64,000 bases of DNA from Azolla caroliniana (Eukaryota; Plantae; Polypodiophyta). Positions 35,830 through 50,189 of the stretch are shown piece by piece (the first letter of the stretch is position 1; each line of letters begins with the position of its first letter). The notes beneath the pieces were generated by a model. That model was given only the letters and a program-made list of their open reading frames with translations. It did not search any database and was not told the origin of the DNA. The position numbers and the translations under genes were made by a program. Where the stretch lies: the NCBI GenBank assembly GCA_043228905.1, contig JBHGNT010000008.1, forward strand, positions 1,922,001 to 1,986,000, in the 5' to 3' direction.

Positions 35830-38800
35830 TTACTCATCTTCCGATTCTTCATCCTCGGAGCTTTGTTTTGATCCTTTCTTTGTATCTTCCTTTCCGGACT
35901 TTTCCTCTTGTTCTTCTTCACTATATTCACTCTCATAGTCTTCACCATATTCTATCTCCTCTTCATGATCATCTTCCACCATAGCACCATCCTCAGTCAC
36001 CATAGACCTTGTTCCAGCACGGCTTCTCTTCATTACTTTTACCTTCAAGTTCACTTTCTTATCACAGCCTATCCAAGTGTCTGATAGACAAAAAGCCGTC
36101 AGGTTATAGCTTCCTTCCACAGGAGCTTGGAACTTAACTACAACAAGTCGAGATCCCCCCTTTACTCTCATTACCGCTTCTTTCACAGCTACATTTACCT
36201 CCTTATCACTAGCACCGGTGCCTTCCATAGACTCTTGTACTGACTTCGATGCTGCCAGCACGGCCGCTGATTCATCCAAGAAAGAGACCCTATGAGAAAC
36301 CCATACGAAGTTCTTGGTTGTATCGGCTAGAAGGACCCAATATGCCTCATCTTTGTGATATGGGAAGTAAGGCGCATGAGGGTGGCCTACTACTAGTCCA
36401 TTTCCTCTACTTAGAGAGACCCACGCTTTCATCGTTACAATATCACCCTCCTGTATGCCTTCCTCACCCTCAGTTTCACATGTAACGTCTAATGACATAA
36501 CTGGCATCATCTGTAATACAGCCTCGACATCTGCGGCTTCAGCATCTGTGAACTCTCCTTTAGAGATCAATAATTCCCTACGCTCCTCGATACTGAGGTC
36601 TCGCAACTCTTGCAATGTTCTTACTTTCTGCAAACGCATGGTGTTGGAGCTTTAGTAAAATGAGAGTAAGGTAAGCTATGCCCCACTAAATTTTAAACAA
36701 ATTCAAATCTAGTGCAAAATATTGTCTCACACTTGTTTTCAGGGTTTTAAAAACTAAAACATTTCAGAAAAACCTGGATTTCTCATGAGTATTATGGATT
36801 TGAAAAGCATCTAATTTCTCAAGATTCCAAATAAAAAGTAAGACTATTTTAATCTGTTTTGTCTTTTGTATCTTAAATTTAAAGTTGTGTGGGGGACAAT
36901 TAGCAACATCGCATCATTTTCTTAAATACTGGTACAAAATCTTTAGTGGGAAATGTTTCTGAACCTCCCAAAAAAACATGTGAACCTCTTATTGACTGGT
37001 AAACGAGAATAAGATCTCTCTAAACCTACTAACTTACATTATTATGAATATCATGTAAGAGAATCTAAACAAAATCTCTACGAACTTTAAAGAGGATTTT
37101 AAGAGAATATTATGGGATAAGCTTGGAGACAAGAATCTAATATCTCATATTTGTCTTTCATTATTCTTTTTGGGGGGACCTGGCTCTAAAACTTCTTTTG
37201 AAACAAAATCATATAAAAACAGTATATCGACTAGTTAAAAGAAATGGAGAAGAGGATCCCGTACCTTGCGTCCGATCTTTTTTACAACCTGTTCTGAAAA
37301 GTGAGGGAGTTGTAAAAATGCCGCAATCCCTTCAACCCCAGCAGCACCTTTCCTCGCACTCTGTGGTACTGCCTGCAAAAGAACTCACACAAAATGCTGC
37401 TAAAATTATTCATGCCCCCTATCAATTGTTCAAATAGTCATGGCTGAACATATTAAAATTAAACACAGCCATCCTCACATAATAGATCTAGATTCCCAAT
37501 CTACCGGAATTTCGTTTGTCCAACTGATTTTGTACGAGTAAAACAGGGAAATGTATAGAGAGATTTTTTTCTGAATATTTATATATTCATGTAAATTCAA
37601 TTTTTATATAAACCTATTTAAATTTTAAAAGCTCTCTTTTTTAGGGGTAGGTCTAACAAAGTATGATAATTTTTGTCAATTGCCAGCGTAGTCGCTTCAA
37701 TAACAAAATATATCTTTTTTGGTTGTTATATTTTTGTAAACAAGATTGTTTCATTCCTTCAGAAGCTTTTGACAGATCAAATCAACCAAAGAAAAAATGC
37801 CTGTTAGGAACGAAAAAACTCATAAAAATTCTCTACTATGCCCAACCTGAATGATATTTTGGGAAAGCTCCATAACTCCAAGTGCAGGGCATAGCCATCC
37901 ATATCCTTCAGCATTCCTTGCTGCAACAGCCATCTGTTCACTTAAATTGTTAACCTTTAAATACAAGCAATGTATAGATAGCCAAGCCTTTGGATGTAAA
38001 AGAAAAGAATTTAAATTTTTTATTCCAGCTGAATAAAATAGATAAATGATACCTTCATAAGTTCGTCAATCAATCGGGGTGCCAGCCGAAGAATGTGTGC
38101 AAAATCTGCCTGAAGAGCAAGGGGTACATTTGATGGCTCCCTACTTAATTGGGCTAACAGCAGAAGCTCTGTCTGCATAAGTCAAATTGTTCCAGCATGA
38201 TTTGACTGAGTTAAGCATGTTCAATGGCAGTAAAAAATATAATGCTGAAAACCATAGGTAAGCATATGGTTTCAATAGAAATGCTCACGTCAACAATAGC
38301 ATTTTCTTTATCATGAGTATGGATAATCTCATAGATGATCTTGTAGAAGTGTTTTATTGACAATGCATTTGTAGAAGCGACAATCCATAAATTGATTCTT
38401 GTTATTTTCGCATGCAGAAGCCCAGATTAGATTCCTCTCTACATTTTTGATATGGTGCACCTGCCATACTCTGCTTAGATCCTTATATCCTTGTGGCTTT
38501 CTCTAATTGGATGTTTAATCACTTTTTGCTAACTTCAACAGACAAACCATCATTTCATGTACTGTTTCATTTCATTTCATAGGTTATAATCTGTATTGAA
38601 CCCCATAAGTCAACCATTTGGTTGGGTCCTAGTCAGGAAGTTATTTCCCTCGATTTATCATGTCCAAAACTCAGGCTGTTAGTACGTTATATGCAGACAA
38701 AAAAATTTAACTAGAATTGAAGGTGGTACGAATGTTCCTTTCTAAATTTCCGCCATTCCCGCTAAGCTGTGGACAAACTCAAACGCCTTTAAATGGCAGA

Positions 38801-41800
38801 GTTTTCAACTTATGGGAAATCCATTTTCTTAACCTGAATGTATATTTGTGTGTGTGTATGTATGTGTGTTTTTGTGTAGTTCATATATGTATATGTGCAA
38901 ATATTCATGTAAATGTACATATATGATCCATTTCTAATAGGAATGTTATAGGCATTCTTCATTAGGAGTGAAAGGAGTTTGCCTGAAGGCTGGTCTTTTG
39001 CAGAGACAACTTTCCAACTTGAAGCTTGTTTATATCACTATAAAGGCACTCTGCATACTTAGAAAATAAGTGTATTTCTTCCAAAAATGTACTCACTGAT
39101 AAGTTTCGGCCCCATGGTTCACATAACAAATGGTATTTCAATATGATGTAGGTTTCGAAGTTTTTTAAGCCAAGGATCTAGCCCTCTTTGAAGAGGCCAT
39201 TCTTACAAAGACTTTTTCGCACTCATTTGTTGATTGTTTGTGAACAGTGTGGTTTTGGTTTCAATTGTTTATGGTATTTTCTTATATACCTTTCATAAAT
39301 ATAAATGTCAGCTTACGTAAAACTAATGAATGATTTAATGCAATTAATAGATGCGTATTTGATTCTCTAATACCTTGTGATAATAGATCGTAGGTGCTTT
39401 CTATATATGTGGGATGAAACGAAGACAGATTGACCAATTCTATTGAAGGACAAATCACTATGCGAAAAAAACTCAAATAATGAGCCTTTGCAGAATATTG
39501 TTCCAAGGCAAGTACCTTCACAAGTGCAGGATGTTGCTTCCAAAACTTAGCTTGATCTTGCTTTAAGCTTTTTGGATTGAGATTCAGCTCGCTGCGCACA
39601 ACTATGAATAGCTTTTGTAGGGGTTCTTCATCACTGCGCCGAACTGGAATCTCAATATATTCTGCTGCCTTAATAAAAACGTCCATCACTTTACTGCACA
39701 TTGCAAAGTTTTAGTTAAGACAAAACAAATCCTGAATAAAAAATCATAAAAACAAAGATTTTTTTGAAGTATTTGAGAACCAACAAATATAGGTTTCATA
39801 TAGTTGATATTGGCACCAATAAAATAAATTTATATTTATAGCAAGAATAACCCATGAAATTGATCTCTACCTACAAGCTTCCCCTCTCCCTTTATCAATA
39901 CATTAATAATTGTCAGCACTAAGTACTTGGTAAGACCGCTTCAGAAAGATTGCTCATTCGATTTCTTTCGTTGTTCTCATAGATGAAGGGAACATTTCCA
40001 TCTGTAACCTCTTGTTCGGTCTGCTAGGGATTTTTGGTCATTTTGGAGACATTAACATTCCTTTCTTTCCTCTGTGTACATATGTGTGGTGTGTATGCAT
40101 AAATTACTTGACTGAATGCGATGGATATAAGATGAAAGAGGCACAAAAGTTTAGTAAACACTACATGAGGAATTTATGTCCAGGAATGAACATTTAAACT
40201 ATCATCAAGTAATGAAATTGAACACTAACTGAAGAATAATGCATACCTTGAAGCGAGTGAAGGCTTAAGGAGATGGTAGTAATTATATAATGTTTGATGC
40301 ATTACATAGTTCCCGGTATATTTTGATGATCGTGAGAGGTAAACCACCGCAACCAGTAGGGGAAGCAGAATACCTAAACCCACTAAACCAAGTAGGAGAA
40401 TCCCAGAAGCGGTCCCTCCATTCTTGTTAAGTAGAAATGAAGGAAGTGCAATACCCATTTGCCATCCCTACCAAAAAGAAAGAAATATGGTTTTCCAGTT
40501 CTCTTTTCATATTATCAAATTTCATATAAATGTTCATAAAATTCACTCACTTCACTATATGTGAAATGTGTAAAAGAACTCAACAAAAATCTTGGATTAA
40601 AACAAGAAGAAACCTGTCTGCCATCCGGATGACCATACTTCTCATAATTCTCCCTTGAAGCAGGATCAGTAAGAGCTTGGTAAGCTTTAGAGATAAACTC
40701 GACAAAATATCTATTTGCCTCTGTAGAATAAGTTTAAGAAACTCTGAATTTTCCATTCAACAATCACACACAGACCGTCTTTAAATACAAAACGAGGATA
40801 AGAAAAATACTCACAGACCTGGATCTGGATTTTTGTCTGGATGATACTGAATAGATAACTTCCTATATGCCTTTTTTATCTCTCCATCAGTTGCACCTGG
40901 CTCCACACCTAATATTGAAAATGGCTCGAAAGGCTGAATCTGCTATGAATTTAAGATAAACTTGATCTTTTTAATAACAGTAATAATATCAAAATAGTAC
41001 GTACAATTTTAAATGTGAAATAAATCTCGTATATATTGCCAAAGATATCCATAACCCTGAGCAGTCTAAAATGCATCAATCGTAAGCTCACTTATATCAG
41101 TTACAGTATACATATTTTTATTTCCGTCTCCCTCTCATGTCTTAATAAAACAAAAATACAAAAATTGTACGGGTCTTTTCTTGATTGCTGTACAACCTTT
41201 CTAATCAGAATTTACTTGTTTTTAAGCAGCAGCATCATGTCATATATATGCCTACTGATAAAAGAGCAATTTATAAGGTCATTCATTCAGTGCATGAGAT
41301 ACGCATACATTCATTCGCACATATCCATACATACATATATGCATGCATTGTTTTCGAAAGGTATCACAGAGTTGTATTGCATTAAATTAATAATGTAATC
41401 AAATGTGGGTGTTAGTAGTGTTACCTCTCTGGTCATCAGTTTGATATAGTAAACTAAGACGGCCATGATCACCCACATGCATATCAGTGTCACATTGCTA
41501 CAAGTTGAGAATTTTGTTACCTGTAGGAGGCCCAGAATGTCATTTCAAACATCTTATCTCCCATCAATCACGAGACTAAGAATGAAAAACATTTTCTCTC
41601 TTAAAATCAAAACAATTAACAAACGTGCAGGAACCTTTCTGATAAAAGACGTTCTATACTTGGCAGATCTGACGCAAAGAGAGCAAAGGCAGTGAATGCT
41701 CTTTTTCTTCTGCTCCACGGCCTTAATTAATGTATAGATAGTCCAAGGTATAACAAAAAGACCCAAAACTGATAAAATGAAGATAGGAAAAAGAGAGCTC

Positions 41801-41823
41801 ATTTCTTCAGCAGCAGCAGCCAT
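35830..41823 (-). CDS. ERDJ2: DnaJ protein ERDJ2 / Sec63 translocon subunit; 10 exons: 41823-41635, 41520-41425, 40939-40819, 40720-40614, 40467-40247, 39693-39516, 38172-38053, 37933-37847, 37372-37265, 36627-35830
   Basis: [23 protein letters not shown]-terminus, J-domain FEPFSILG...QYHPDKNPD...KAYQALTDP...KYGHPDG, transmembrane segments, Sec63 domain, acidic tail. All introns are GT-AG and in phase. Confidence 0.93.
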
Positions 41824-43653
41824 GGTTTCAGCCTGAAAAACAAGTATGACAAAAAAAGGGGATGGAAATTAGAATAATCAAGAAGAAACTAATCAGCAGT
41901 GGCCTGATCGATAGAATGGAACTCTTTTCTACACAAATCCACTAGTTTAAGAATTGAAAATGGTTAGGGAGAAAGAATTACCTCCCGATTAGATCTGAGA
42001 GTTTCCTGGGGTGGATTAATCCATCAAAATCTCTGAGCAAAATAAGAAGCTCTTGCAGGAGGCCTTTCACAACAGAGGAAGGACATTTGCAATATTTGGG
42101 CGCTTTCACATTATTGGAGAGAGCCACACCACGAAACCAAAAATGTTCTACATTTTTACGAGGGAAACCCGCCACAATTTTTCCGAGGAACATCATCGAA
42201 CAAACAGCAGAATGCGTTCGATCCGACAAAATATTTGTTCCTCAATTAACTCACGAATATTTATGAGAGACAAGGGCTTGGGACGGTCTGTCGTTGAAAA
42301 AGGCCATCCAGTCACTTGTCTCCTGTAAACCATCCGGGTGAATTTGTTCCTTTACAAGAGATTAGGGCTTCAGATGCCTTCTCGTTGAAACATCCATCCA
42401 ATCACTCTTGTAAGCCATCTAGGTGAATTTAACGTTTGGCTTTGGATTATGATACAAGTAGGTGTTGTTCAGACAACTATGCTAAGGGTGTATGCATGAC
42501 GAGCGGAATTAGATACTTTGGAGGAGTGTATCATCTATTTTAGGGGTGATTTGATCATAAAACACCATGAATAGCAAGGTGCTAAAGTCCAAGATTCAAA
42601 GTGAAATTCTTCATTTGCATATTAGTGATTTGTTCGAGATCATACATTTTCAAACAAATCACTTTCCATATGTTGAAAATGATAGCATTGCGATACAATG
42701 CAAGACTAAAAATGGTCAAAACAAGATAGAGATCAATGCCTACAATGAATAGCTATTTCTCTAAAATGGCAATCAAATAATTGATAAGATGATAAGTTTG
42801 TATTATGACATATGTATCACTTGGAAAGGTGTAGATGATTAGTATGGGGAGTGCCTTACCATTATGAAAGCATCTTATAAGTTTTTGCTAGATCAATTAC
42901 AACTTGGCTTCATCGCCAAAAGCCCTTGTAAATACATCACCTTTAGTCCATCTTTCAAAAGATAGGTCAATATTATTCATTCGTATCTATATTGACCCTC
43001 ATGTAATTCTACTAATATAAAAATTAAGTGTCTCTAATTATTGCACGCAATAATCCTTTTATTCGCTAATAAATCTCGTAACTAATCATTGAACACCATA
43101 ACTATAACACTAAAATTGATTAATCTACAATGTTTTTACTTGTATTGCCATGAATATTTCATAGTACAGATTTGAAGGGTATTTTCTCGTGCAGACATGC
43201 ATCAAAGGTGACATATATATATGCAAGTTGAAAGTCTAGAGCTTATTTGGAGCTACCCTAAAAGTGAAAGAGATATCCACAAAACATTACTTTTAAGCAT
43301 TCGAGGAGTCAAGGAAAACCATCTAAGCCCAACCTAAAATTGAAAAGATAGGTACCGGTAAGCCAATAACGAATAACTTGCATAGTCCAATGTAGAATAA
43401 ATCAATACAAGTTTGCATCCTATAGACGTAGTAGCATTAAGACAAATTAATCCTTGGAGCTCTAAAGTTTTGAAAACCAGTTGGATGTTGAGAGCGAAAC
43501 TTTAGGTGTATATTTGACGATACTAAATATAAAAGGAATTTAGACATGATACGAGGCGTTTGGAGAAATGAAGACAAAGAGGGAGGAGCATTTGGAGAGA
43601 ATAAGATAGAATAGAAAGAATAATTCTACTTAAAAAGCTAAAGATCTCATCGG

Positions 43654-43735
43654 GTCGCTTTGGCCGAGTGGTTAAGGCGTGTGCCTGCTAAGTACATGGG
43701 GTTTCCCCGCGAGAGTTCGAATCTCTCAGGCGACG
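43654..43735 (+). tRNA. tRNA-Ser(GCT): tRNA-Ser (GCT)
   Basis: 82-nt cloverleaf GTCGCTTTGGCCGAGTGGTTAAGGC...CTGCTAA...GTTCGAATCTCTCAGGCGACG with a long variable arm; T-run terminator at ~43751. Confidence 0.96.
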
Positions 43736-45392
43736 CGACCGTTAGAAAGCTTTTTGGTTTTTTTACTTAACTTCATTCCTAGCTCTAGGTTTTGCTAAAA
43801 TCGTCCTACATGCTTGGAATAATCTCTATAATGCACCTTGGCAAAGAGCAAAGGACAATGCAAATGCATTAGTCCAATAAGTTATATATGTTCTTTTCAT
43901 TCGAGATGCATCAAGTTGACTTGAATATTGTGATTAAATTATAGTTCATTTGCTATACTTTGTTCGAATCAATAATGCAAATTTACTACCCAAAGTTAAA
44001 AATACAACTTCATGCTTGTGTTTCTTATTAGAATTTCAGCTTCTATTATTTGACTTGACTTGGTTCGTGAATTTTCTTTTGGTTCTTCAAATTCTTTCTC
44101 CTGGCTTCATTGACCATTGATATACATCAAGTTCGCTCTTATATATCGTGTTCTGATCCGTCTAGATGTTCATTGCTTGTAAAGGCAAGTGGCATGACCA
44201 TCTGTAAATATTGAACAAGTTGACAATGTTTCTTGATTAAGAGATGATATTGAGTGACAAAATTGTTCAAAGTCATGGAGGCTTTCCATCTTTGTCATGA
44301 AGGTAAACCATTCTTGTGTTTTTCTTATAGACTTCTTCACCTTCTTTATGTTTAGACCATAAAGAGACAAATGCTCAACATATTAGAGGCAACTGATGAG
44401 TTGCATCTGTAACACTAATATAATGATGATAGGATGTGGAAAAACTTCATTGACAGATCAAGATGACATTTTGGGAGGGGACTTGGAAAACAAAATTAGT
44501 TTAAACACCCTGAAGAGGTTCTGGAATAAGTTCAGCCACAAAGGATTTAAGAAGTAAAAATTAACTTCACATTAGTGCCCTTGCAATTTTCTGTGTGTAG
44601 AGTAATCCGTGCATATTAAAATCTTCACTCTCAAAGAAGGAAAAAAATGTAGTAACTCTGAAACACCACTTATATCCCAAGTCCAGTCCCACAACCATCC
44701 AGCATCATCTAGTTCCAATATATATGATGAAAACATATGCCAAGAAGCAAAGAGGGTCCATTTCAATTGATATATTATGGATACACCGTTTCTCTTCGGC
44801 TCGGGAGCAAAAAGCTTTAGCAACTAGTTACAAAATATTTTCAAAATTACTATGCATTTGGCGGGGAAATGAATTACATGATGATGTGTTGATAGATAAA
44901 GCATGCATCTAATAAGATGATGATTAATCACAAAATGTGAATGAGTTGATAGTAAAACATGAATCTCATATGAGACTGAAAGGGCAAAGATATCCTCTAA
45001 ACATCTTCTGCTTAACCACAGTATCTTCATGCACCATTTCAGCTAAACCCCAGTTCAAACTGCAGAATAATTCTGGTGAGTTCGAATGAATCCACGGTTT
45101 GCATCTTAAGAGAATATTGGAGCGCGCCATTTGGTACCAAATTTGTAACTGTAAGTGTCAGAAAACTTTAGGGTTCACAGTATTCTTAGCATGAAACTAA
45201 GCATACTGTACTACTGATCTTTCCTCCTATCATCAAAACTGCAGCGCGAGAGAGACAGACCCTCGGCTTCAAAACATTTCTTTATACTTCAATGAGACAG
45301 CATATGCCCATGAAAATCATGGATACTGCACTGATATTTCCTCCCGTGCTGACACAGAAGATACAAATGTCGCCAGGGACAAAAGAAAACCC

Positions 45393-47346
45393 TCAACTCC
45401 AAGAAGACATCAGCAATGAGGATTTATCACAAAAAACATGATTTGTGCCATAACTTATTGCTTGTAAGGACACATCTGATAAATTTGTAGTCCACAGCTG
45501 AGGGCCTCCTCCATATATGCTGTGTATATTGTATGCATATGATGGGTATCTACCTTTGCATGGATCAGACGGCTGCCTTCTCAGCATCCTTAGAGTTCTC
45601 TCCATAACAATCAAACTCGAAAACGTAGAAAAGCTATTACCTATGAAAATATCAGCTCTCAAGCACACTTCATAGTCTAGAGCAGACTGGATAAGGTATG
45701 GATATCTCTTGTAAAGTTCCATAAATCCCAGTCTCTTCTTTTCAAAGGGAATGAGACCATCTTCCCATCCTTCTAAGAGAGAATTATCCTCGAGAAGCGC
45801 ATCTGCAACCGCGAGATAAAGTACAGAAGGTCTTTTCAATTTCGGTATGTGGCCTACATTCTCCATGATTTCTTGCTTGCTACTGCATATGTTGACTGCC
45901 TCCCCTTGATTCTTTTTAATCCTTTCTTCAGTCTTCTTGCAGTGTATCATCCAGTCTTTCTCAATTCTCATGTGCACAGCTACATAACCAGCTGATGTTG
46001 GCAAGCCACGAGATCTGTTACCATGGTCCTTGGCATCATATCTGCTTATCTCACCTTCAAGATCTTGGCCATCATCTGCATCACATTCAATGGATCTATC
46101 ACAGAACATTCTCTCACTACAACTAATGATTTCAAATCTGAATCATAAATTAAAACAGCTTATTTCATAATATTGATCTTCCACAAAGTGAATGATATAA
46201 AAAAATTGTCTTTCACAAGAATGGCTGACTTCTCTCACTAAGAATACTGATTCCTGTCTTCTACTAAATCAACTGTTTTCAAAATATTGTTTGGTCTTTT
46301 AAAAGAACTATTGGTTGATTGCAAACCTTGATCTTTCAAATTTAGCTCTTTTACTAAAAAAACTGATTTCGATATTTGTCCTTTTTCTAAAACAATTGAT
46401 CTTGTGGCGATTATGCATCCAATTAAACACCTGTTAATCATTCACTAAAATGGCTGCTTTCAAAACTATATCTTTCATCAAATGACCAATTTCAACATTT
46501 GATCTTTCACCAAAACTATAGAAACCTTCTCTGAAACAACTGATTTCATCCCAATGGTCTTTCACTAAAACAATCCAAAAACCTTTACAACAACAAAGAG
46601 TGCACCAGCATACCTTGTTTCACTGCGGAGATCTGGAGGCTTTTCTGTTTGAGATTGGAAACGATACGATTCACCTCTGCAGATATGTTTTGCACAAGAA
46701 CAAGACACTGGAAAACTCTGGCATAGTCTTGCACAGACCAGTGGTCCTGCCACAAGAAAGGATTCTTTCCTGAAATCCTAATAACGGGATATCTGTCCAT
46801 ATCTGTTTTTTGGAGCTTAAAAAGCTGCTCTAAATCCCTTTCTTTAGTCCATCTCCTTCCCGAACCCTTAGAAACGTTAAATACTGTGGTTTCTTGAAGA
46901 AATTTGTCAGAAGGTTTGGCTATCGTAACGAAACCTTTGCACCGGGAGTTGAAACGTGCAAGGGAGAAGAGACGATCAAAAGGCAGAGGTTGAACGTTGG
47001 AGGTATCTTTGTAAGTTAAAGAGGAGGAGAGGGAAGGAAGGATGAGAGAGCGATTGAGGAAGCGAGCGGTTAAGAGAGCTCTAGCTATGGCGATCTTCTG
47101 GTTGTTGAGACCCCATGCAATCTGTGGGACCTGAAGGAGACGAGATCTCCGCTGATGAGCAAATGCGGCAGAAGAACGAACGAAGGGAAGCGTCGCTGAA
47201 GAAACAGCATTGATGGACGAAGAGGAGGAGAACAGAGAGAGGGCGGAGTAGAGAGCAATGCAGATAATAGAAGAAAGCAGGAGCCAGATCCAGAGCCAGA
47301 GCCATCGCAAGCTCAGGCGTCTCTGGAGGGCCTTCTCGGCAACCAT
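45393..47346 (-). CDS. O-fucosyltransferase-family (POFUT/DUF246-like) type II membrane glycosyltransferase, ~471 aa; exons 47346-46614 and 46075-45393
   Basis: N-terminal TM segment, WGLNNQKIAIARALLTARFLNRSLILP, YVAVHMRIEKDW, LYLAV, SALDYEVCLRADIFIGNSFSTFS. The acceptor was chosen as the phase-compatible TGCAG. Confidence 0.85.
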
Positions 47347-47455
47347 GGCAGAGAAAAAGCTACGGTCTTGACCACACTGATCAGCGATTCTTTCCCGTTC
47401 CCGTTTTTCTTGACTCTTTCTCTCCTGACGTCTCCTGCGTCACGTTGACTGGACT

Positions 47456-47760
47456 GAACTGTCTGACTGTCTGATCAAACGGAAGAGATGGGAGCGTAGC
47501 AGAGGCGGGAAATGCAGGCCATGGAGGGAGAGCGCAGTGATGGCCGCCATCGCCATCGCTTCCTCGACTGTGTCAGATCTTCTTCGTTTTCATTTCAGTC
47601 TTCAGACGGAGCGTAGCAGAGGCGGGAAATGCAGGCCATGGAGGAAGAGCACAGTGAAGGTAGCCATCGCCATCGCCATCGCCATCGCCATCGATTCCTC
47701 GAATGTGTCAGATCTTCTTCGTTTTCATTTCATTCTTCAGACAGTCAAGTCAGACAGTTC
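47456..47760. repeat. Tandem duplication (~117-134-bp unit) bracketed by short inverted repeats
   Basis: GGAGCGTAGCAGAGGCGGGAAATGCAGGCCATGGAGG...TCAGATCTTCTTCGTTTTCATTTCA occurs twice; flanked by GAACTGTCTGACTGTCTGA and TCAGACAGTCAAGTCAGACAGTTC. Confidence 0.75.
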
Positions 47761-48279
47761 TGAACTGAACTGAAAAATAGAACTAACTACTGCAGGCTTA
47801 CGTGGCCTTCTCCTATTGGTGGAGACCAAACCCTAAATGCCAGGCTGGCGGACACGTAGGCAAAGAGAGAGCGAGAGAGGAGGGCTATGCCACGTGTTAG
47901 AGGCCATTCCCACGCACACCCCCTAGATCTCTAGAAATAAAAACACCCCGGGCTGGCTTCTCCGTAGCCGTAGCCGTCACGCACGCTTCGAGCCCTGGAA
48001 ACAATGTCCGCCCGGACGTATCAGACCTCGGGATGTCCGCCCACAAACTGTTGCCGGCCGGCATGTTTGCCTATCGGGACCGGATACCGCCCTCCTCGCC
48101 TCGCCTCCCCGCCCCTTGTAAATGTGTCACTCACGTGTTCTAGTAGATCGATCGACGAAAAAACCCGATAAAAAACACATTGTATGATTTGAATTCTAAG
48201 CACTTTGACGGCACATACCGTGCATGGCACGACAAATGCAACCCTGACAACATTCTATATTCGATTATGACAAATAAGT

Positions 48280-48830
48280 GGCTAACAATCGACAATGGTT
48301 TGGTTTGAAGTTTGAATTGAATAGAACCACAACTTAATGGCTTCACGGTTTAAACGGTTCGGTTCAGGTTCAGGTTTTTGTAAACAATTCGCTTTTCAGT
48401 TTGGGGATTTACTGGTTTGGTTTGGTTCGAGCCTTTATTAGTTTAACAATTTTTGGCGGTTTGACAATTTAGGATTGACACTTCATAATTTTCTTAAATG
48501 TTTTTTTGAACATTTAAAGCCTGATTCTGATATTTTAAGAAAAATCTTTAAATTTTGAAAAAATAAATTTGAAATATTGAAAATTTTTAAAATGTGAATA
48601 TTTGAATTTTGACCTAACTTGAAAACCAAAATTGAACCACAAAACCGTGATTTTAACAGTTTAAAGCTTTGAAAGTCTCTAATATCGTTTGGTTTGAGCC
48701 TGAATTTTTGTAACGTTTCGTGGTTTGGTTTGGTTCAATTTAAGTTTCTATTTTTTAAAGTGTTTGATTTAAAACGGTTTGAATTTGACACTCCGAACCG
48801 AACCGTTTTCAATTACTACTATTGACGGCC
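48280..48830. repeat. AT-rich MITE-like / non-autonomous DNA transposon remnant
   Basis: Clustered GGTTT(G)/AACCG(A) subterminal-type motifs around an AT-rich core. Termini not resolved. Confidence 0.4.
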
Positions 48831-49912
48831 TCACAAATGTAGGTCATTGATGATTACCGTGCATAATAAGAGATTGGTTATCATCTAGTTATTTACAACC
48901 CAAATGCAATGAACTTTTGAAAGCTTCCCCCTTTGTTGTTCATGACAATTGTTTCTCCCTTTTTTTCTATCCACTGTTATAATTGCTTGAGGAAAGGTTT
49001 TAAAATGAGAGGAGATCCAAGGGAAGGATTTGTGTTATTGTCATCGAGAGATGACGGATCAATGCTCGAGATGAACCAACCACATAAATGAGTTACCAAA
49101 GGGAAGACAATAGTACCTATTATTGCAAAGTTGATAACACTTGTACATGAGTATGCCATCTTTTTTTTGTTCTAGTGTTCATGAGAGAGATTGGGGTTCA
49201 ACCCACTACAATAATCAATAATAAGAAGCAAACATAACTTGAATTTGCATATATGGATGGTGATTATGGGATGCTATTACAAATTTTACGATGACCTCAC
49301 ATTGACATTGGATAGTCTATCATTACCCTCGCCTTAATTAATGGTTGCAACTCATTGTTTGTGTCAACAACAAAGTTGTGGCACATTAGCGTTTACGCTC
49401 ATGCCTTCTTCTTCTAAATCGGCAATCAGAGTTCACTATTAAAAAAGTTACTACCCCACTTAGCTTATTTCAATTCTTACGACAGTTCTTCTTGAGCCAC
49501 TACTAGAATTTCCGAACCCTATCATTCATTGCCTTTTCACATGGACAACCGAGTATTGCTCAATTTTCTTTACTTTTCTACCACCGCAGCATGTTAACAT
49601 CACAAAAGAGCAAATACAAGTGCACTCAACTCTTGCGCAATTGCGCTTCATTGAGGAAGTAAAGCATCGCTCGATTTGTTCTACTTCTTCCCATGACCAT
49701 CGGCTGCTAGCCAGTACAAGGGTATTACTATTTACACACGAGCATCGGCTAAGAATACAAGCCACAAAAGTGAGAAGCTGAGCCTGATCGGAAAACGGAG
49801 ACACAATAGGTTAGACTCGATTGGTTGGATCAATGAAGAGGTGAACTAACTAATCCACACCGAAGGCGAGACAAAGCTCGTACAGAGCCAGGATAGGGGG
49901 TGTCGAGAGTAT

Positions 49913-49982
49913 TTAACTAACTAACTAACTAACTAACTAACGAATTAACGAATTAGCTAACTAACTGCCTGACTAACTAATT
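49913..49982. repeat. (AACT)n microsatellite
   Basis: TAACTAACTAAC... imperfect run upstream of TLP18.3. Confidence 0.8.
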
Positions 49983-50189
49983 AGAATTTAAATGTTAAAT
50001 AAATAAATAAATAGTCAATTATTTTGAGACATTATCCGGATGATGATTTCATGGAACCCCATCCATCCATGAATGAAATAGAAGAAACAGAGATGAGATA
50101 GATCCCATGAAGAAACCAAGAAGAAGCAGAAGAAGAAGAAGAAGAAGAAGAAGAAGAAGAAGAACAGAAACAGAGCTCTAGCAGCTTCC

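Noticed and set aside
44170-45250. Short ORFs between tRNA-Ser and the O-fucosyltransferase gene
   Set aside because: No motif or coherent exon chain; probably UTR or intergenic.
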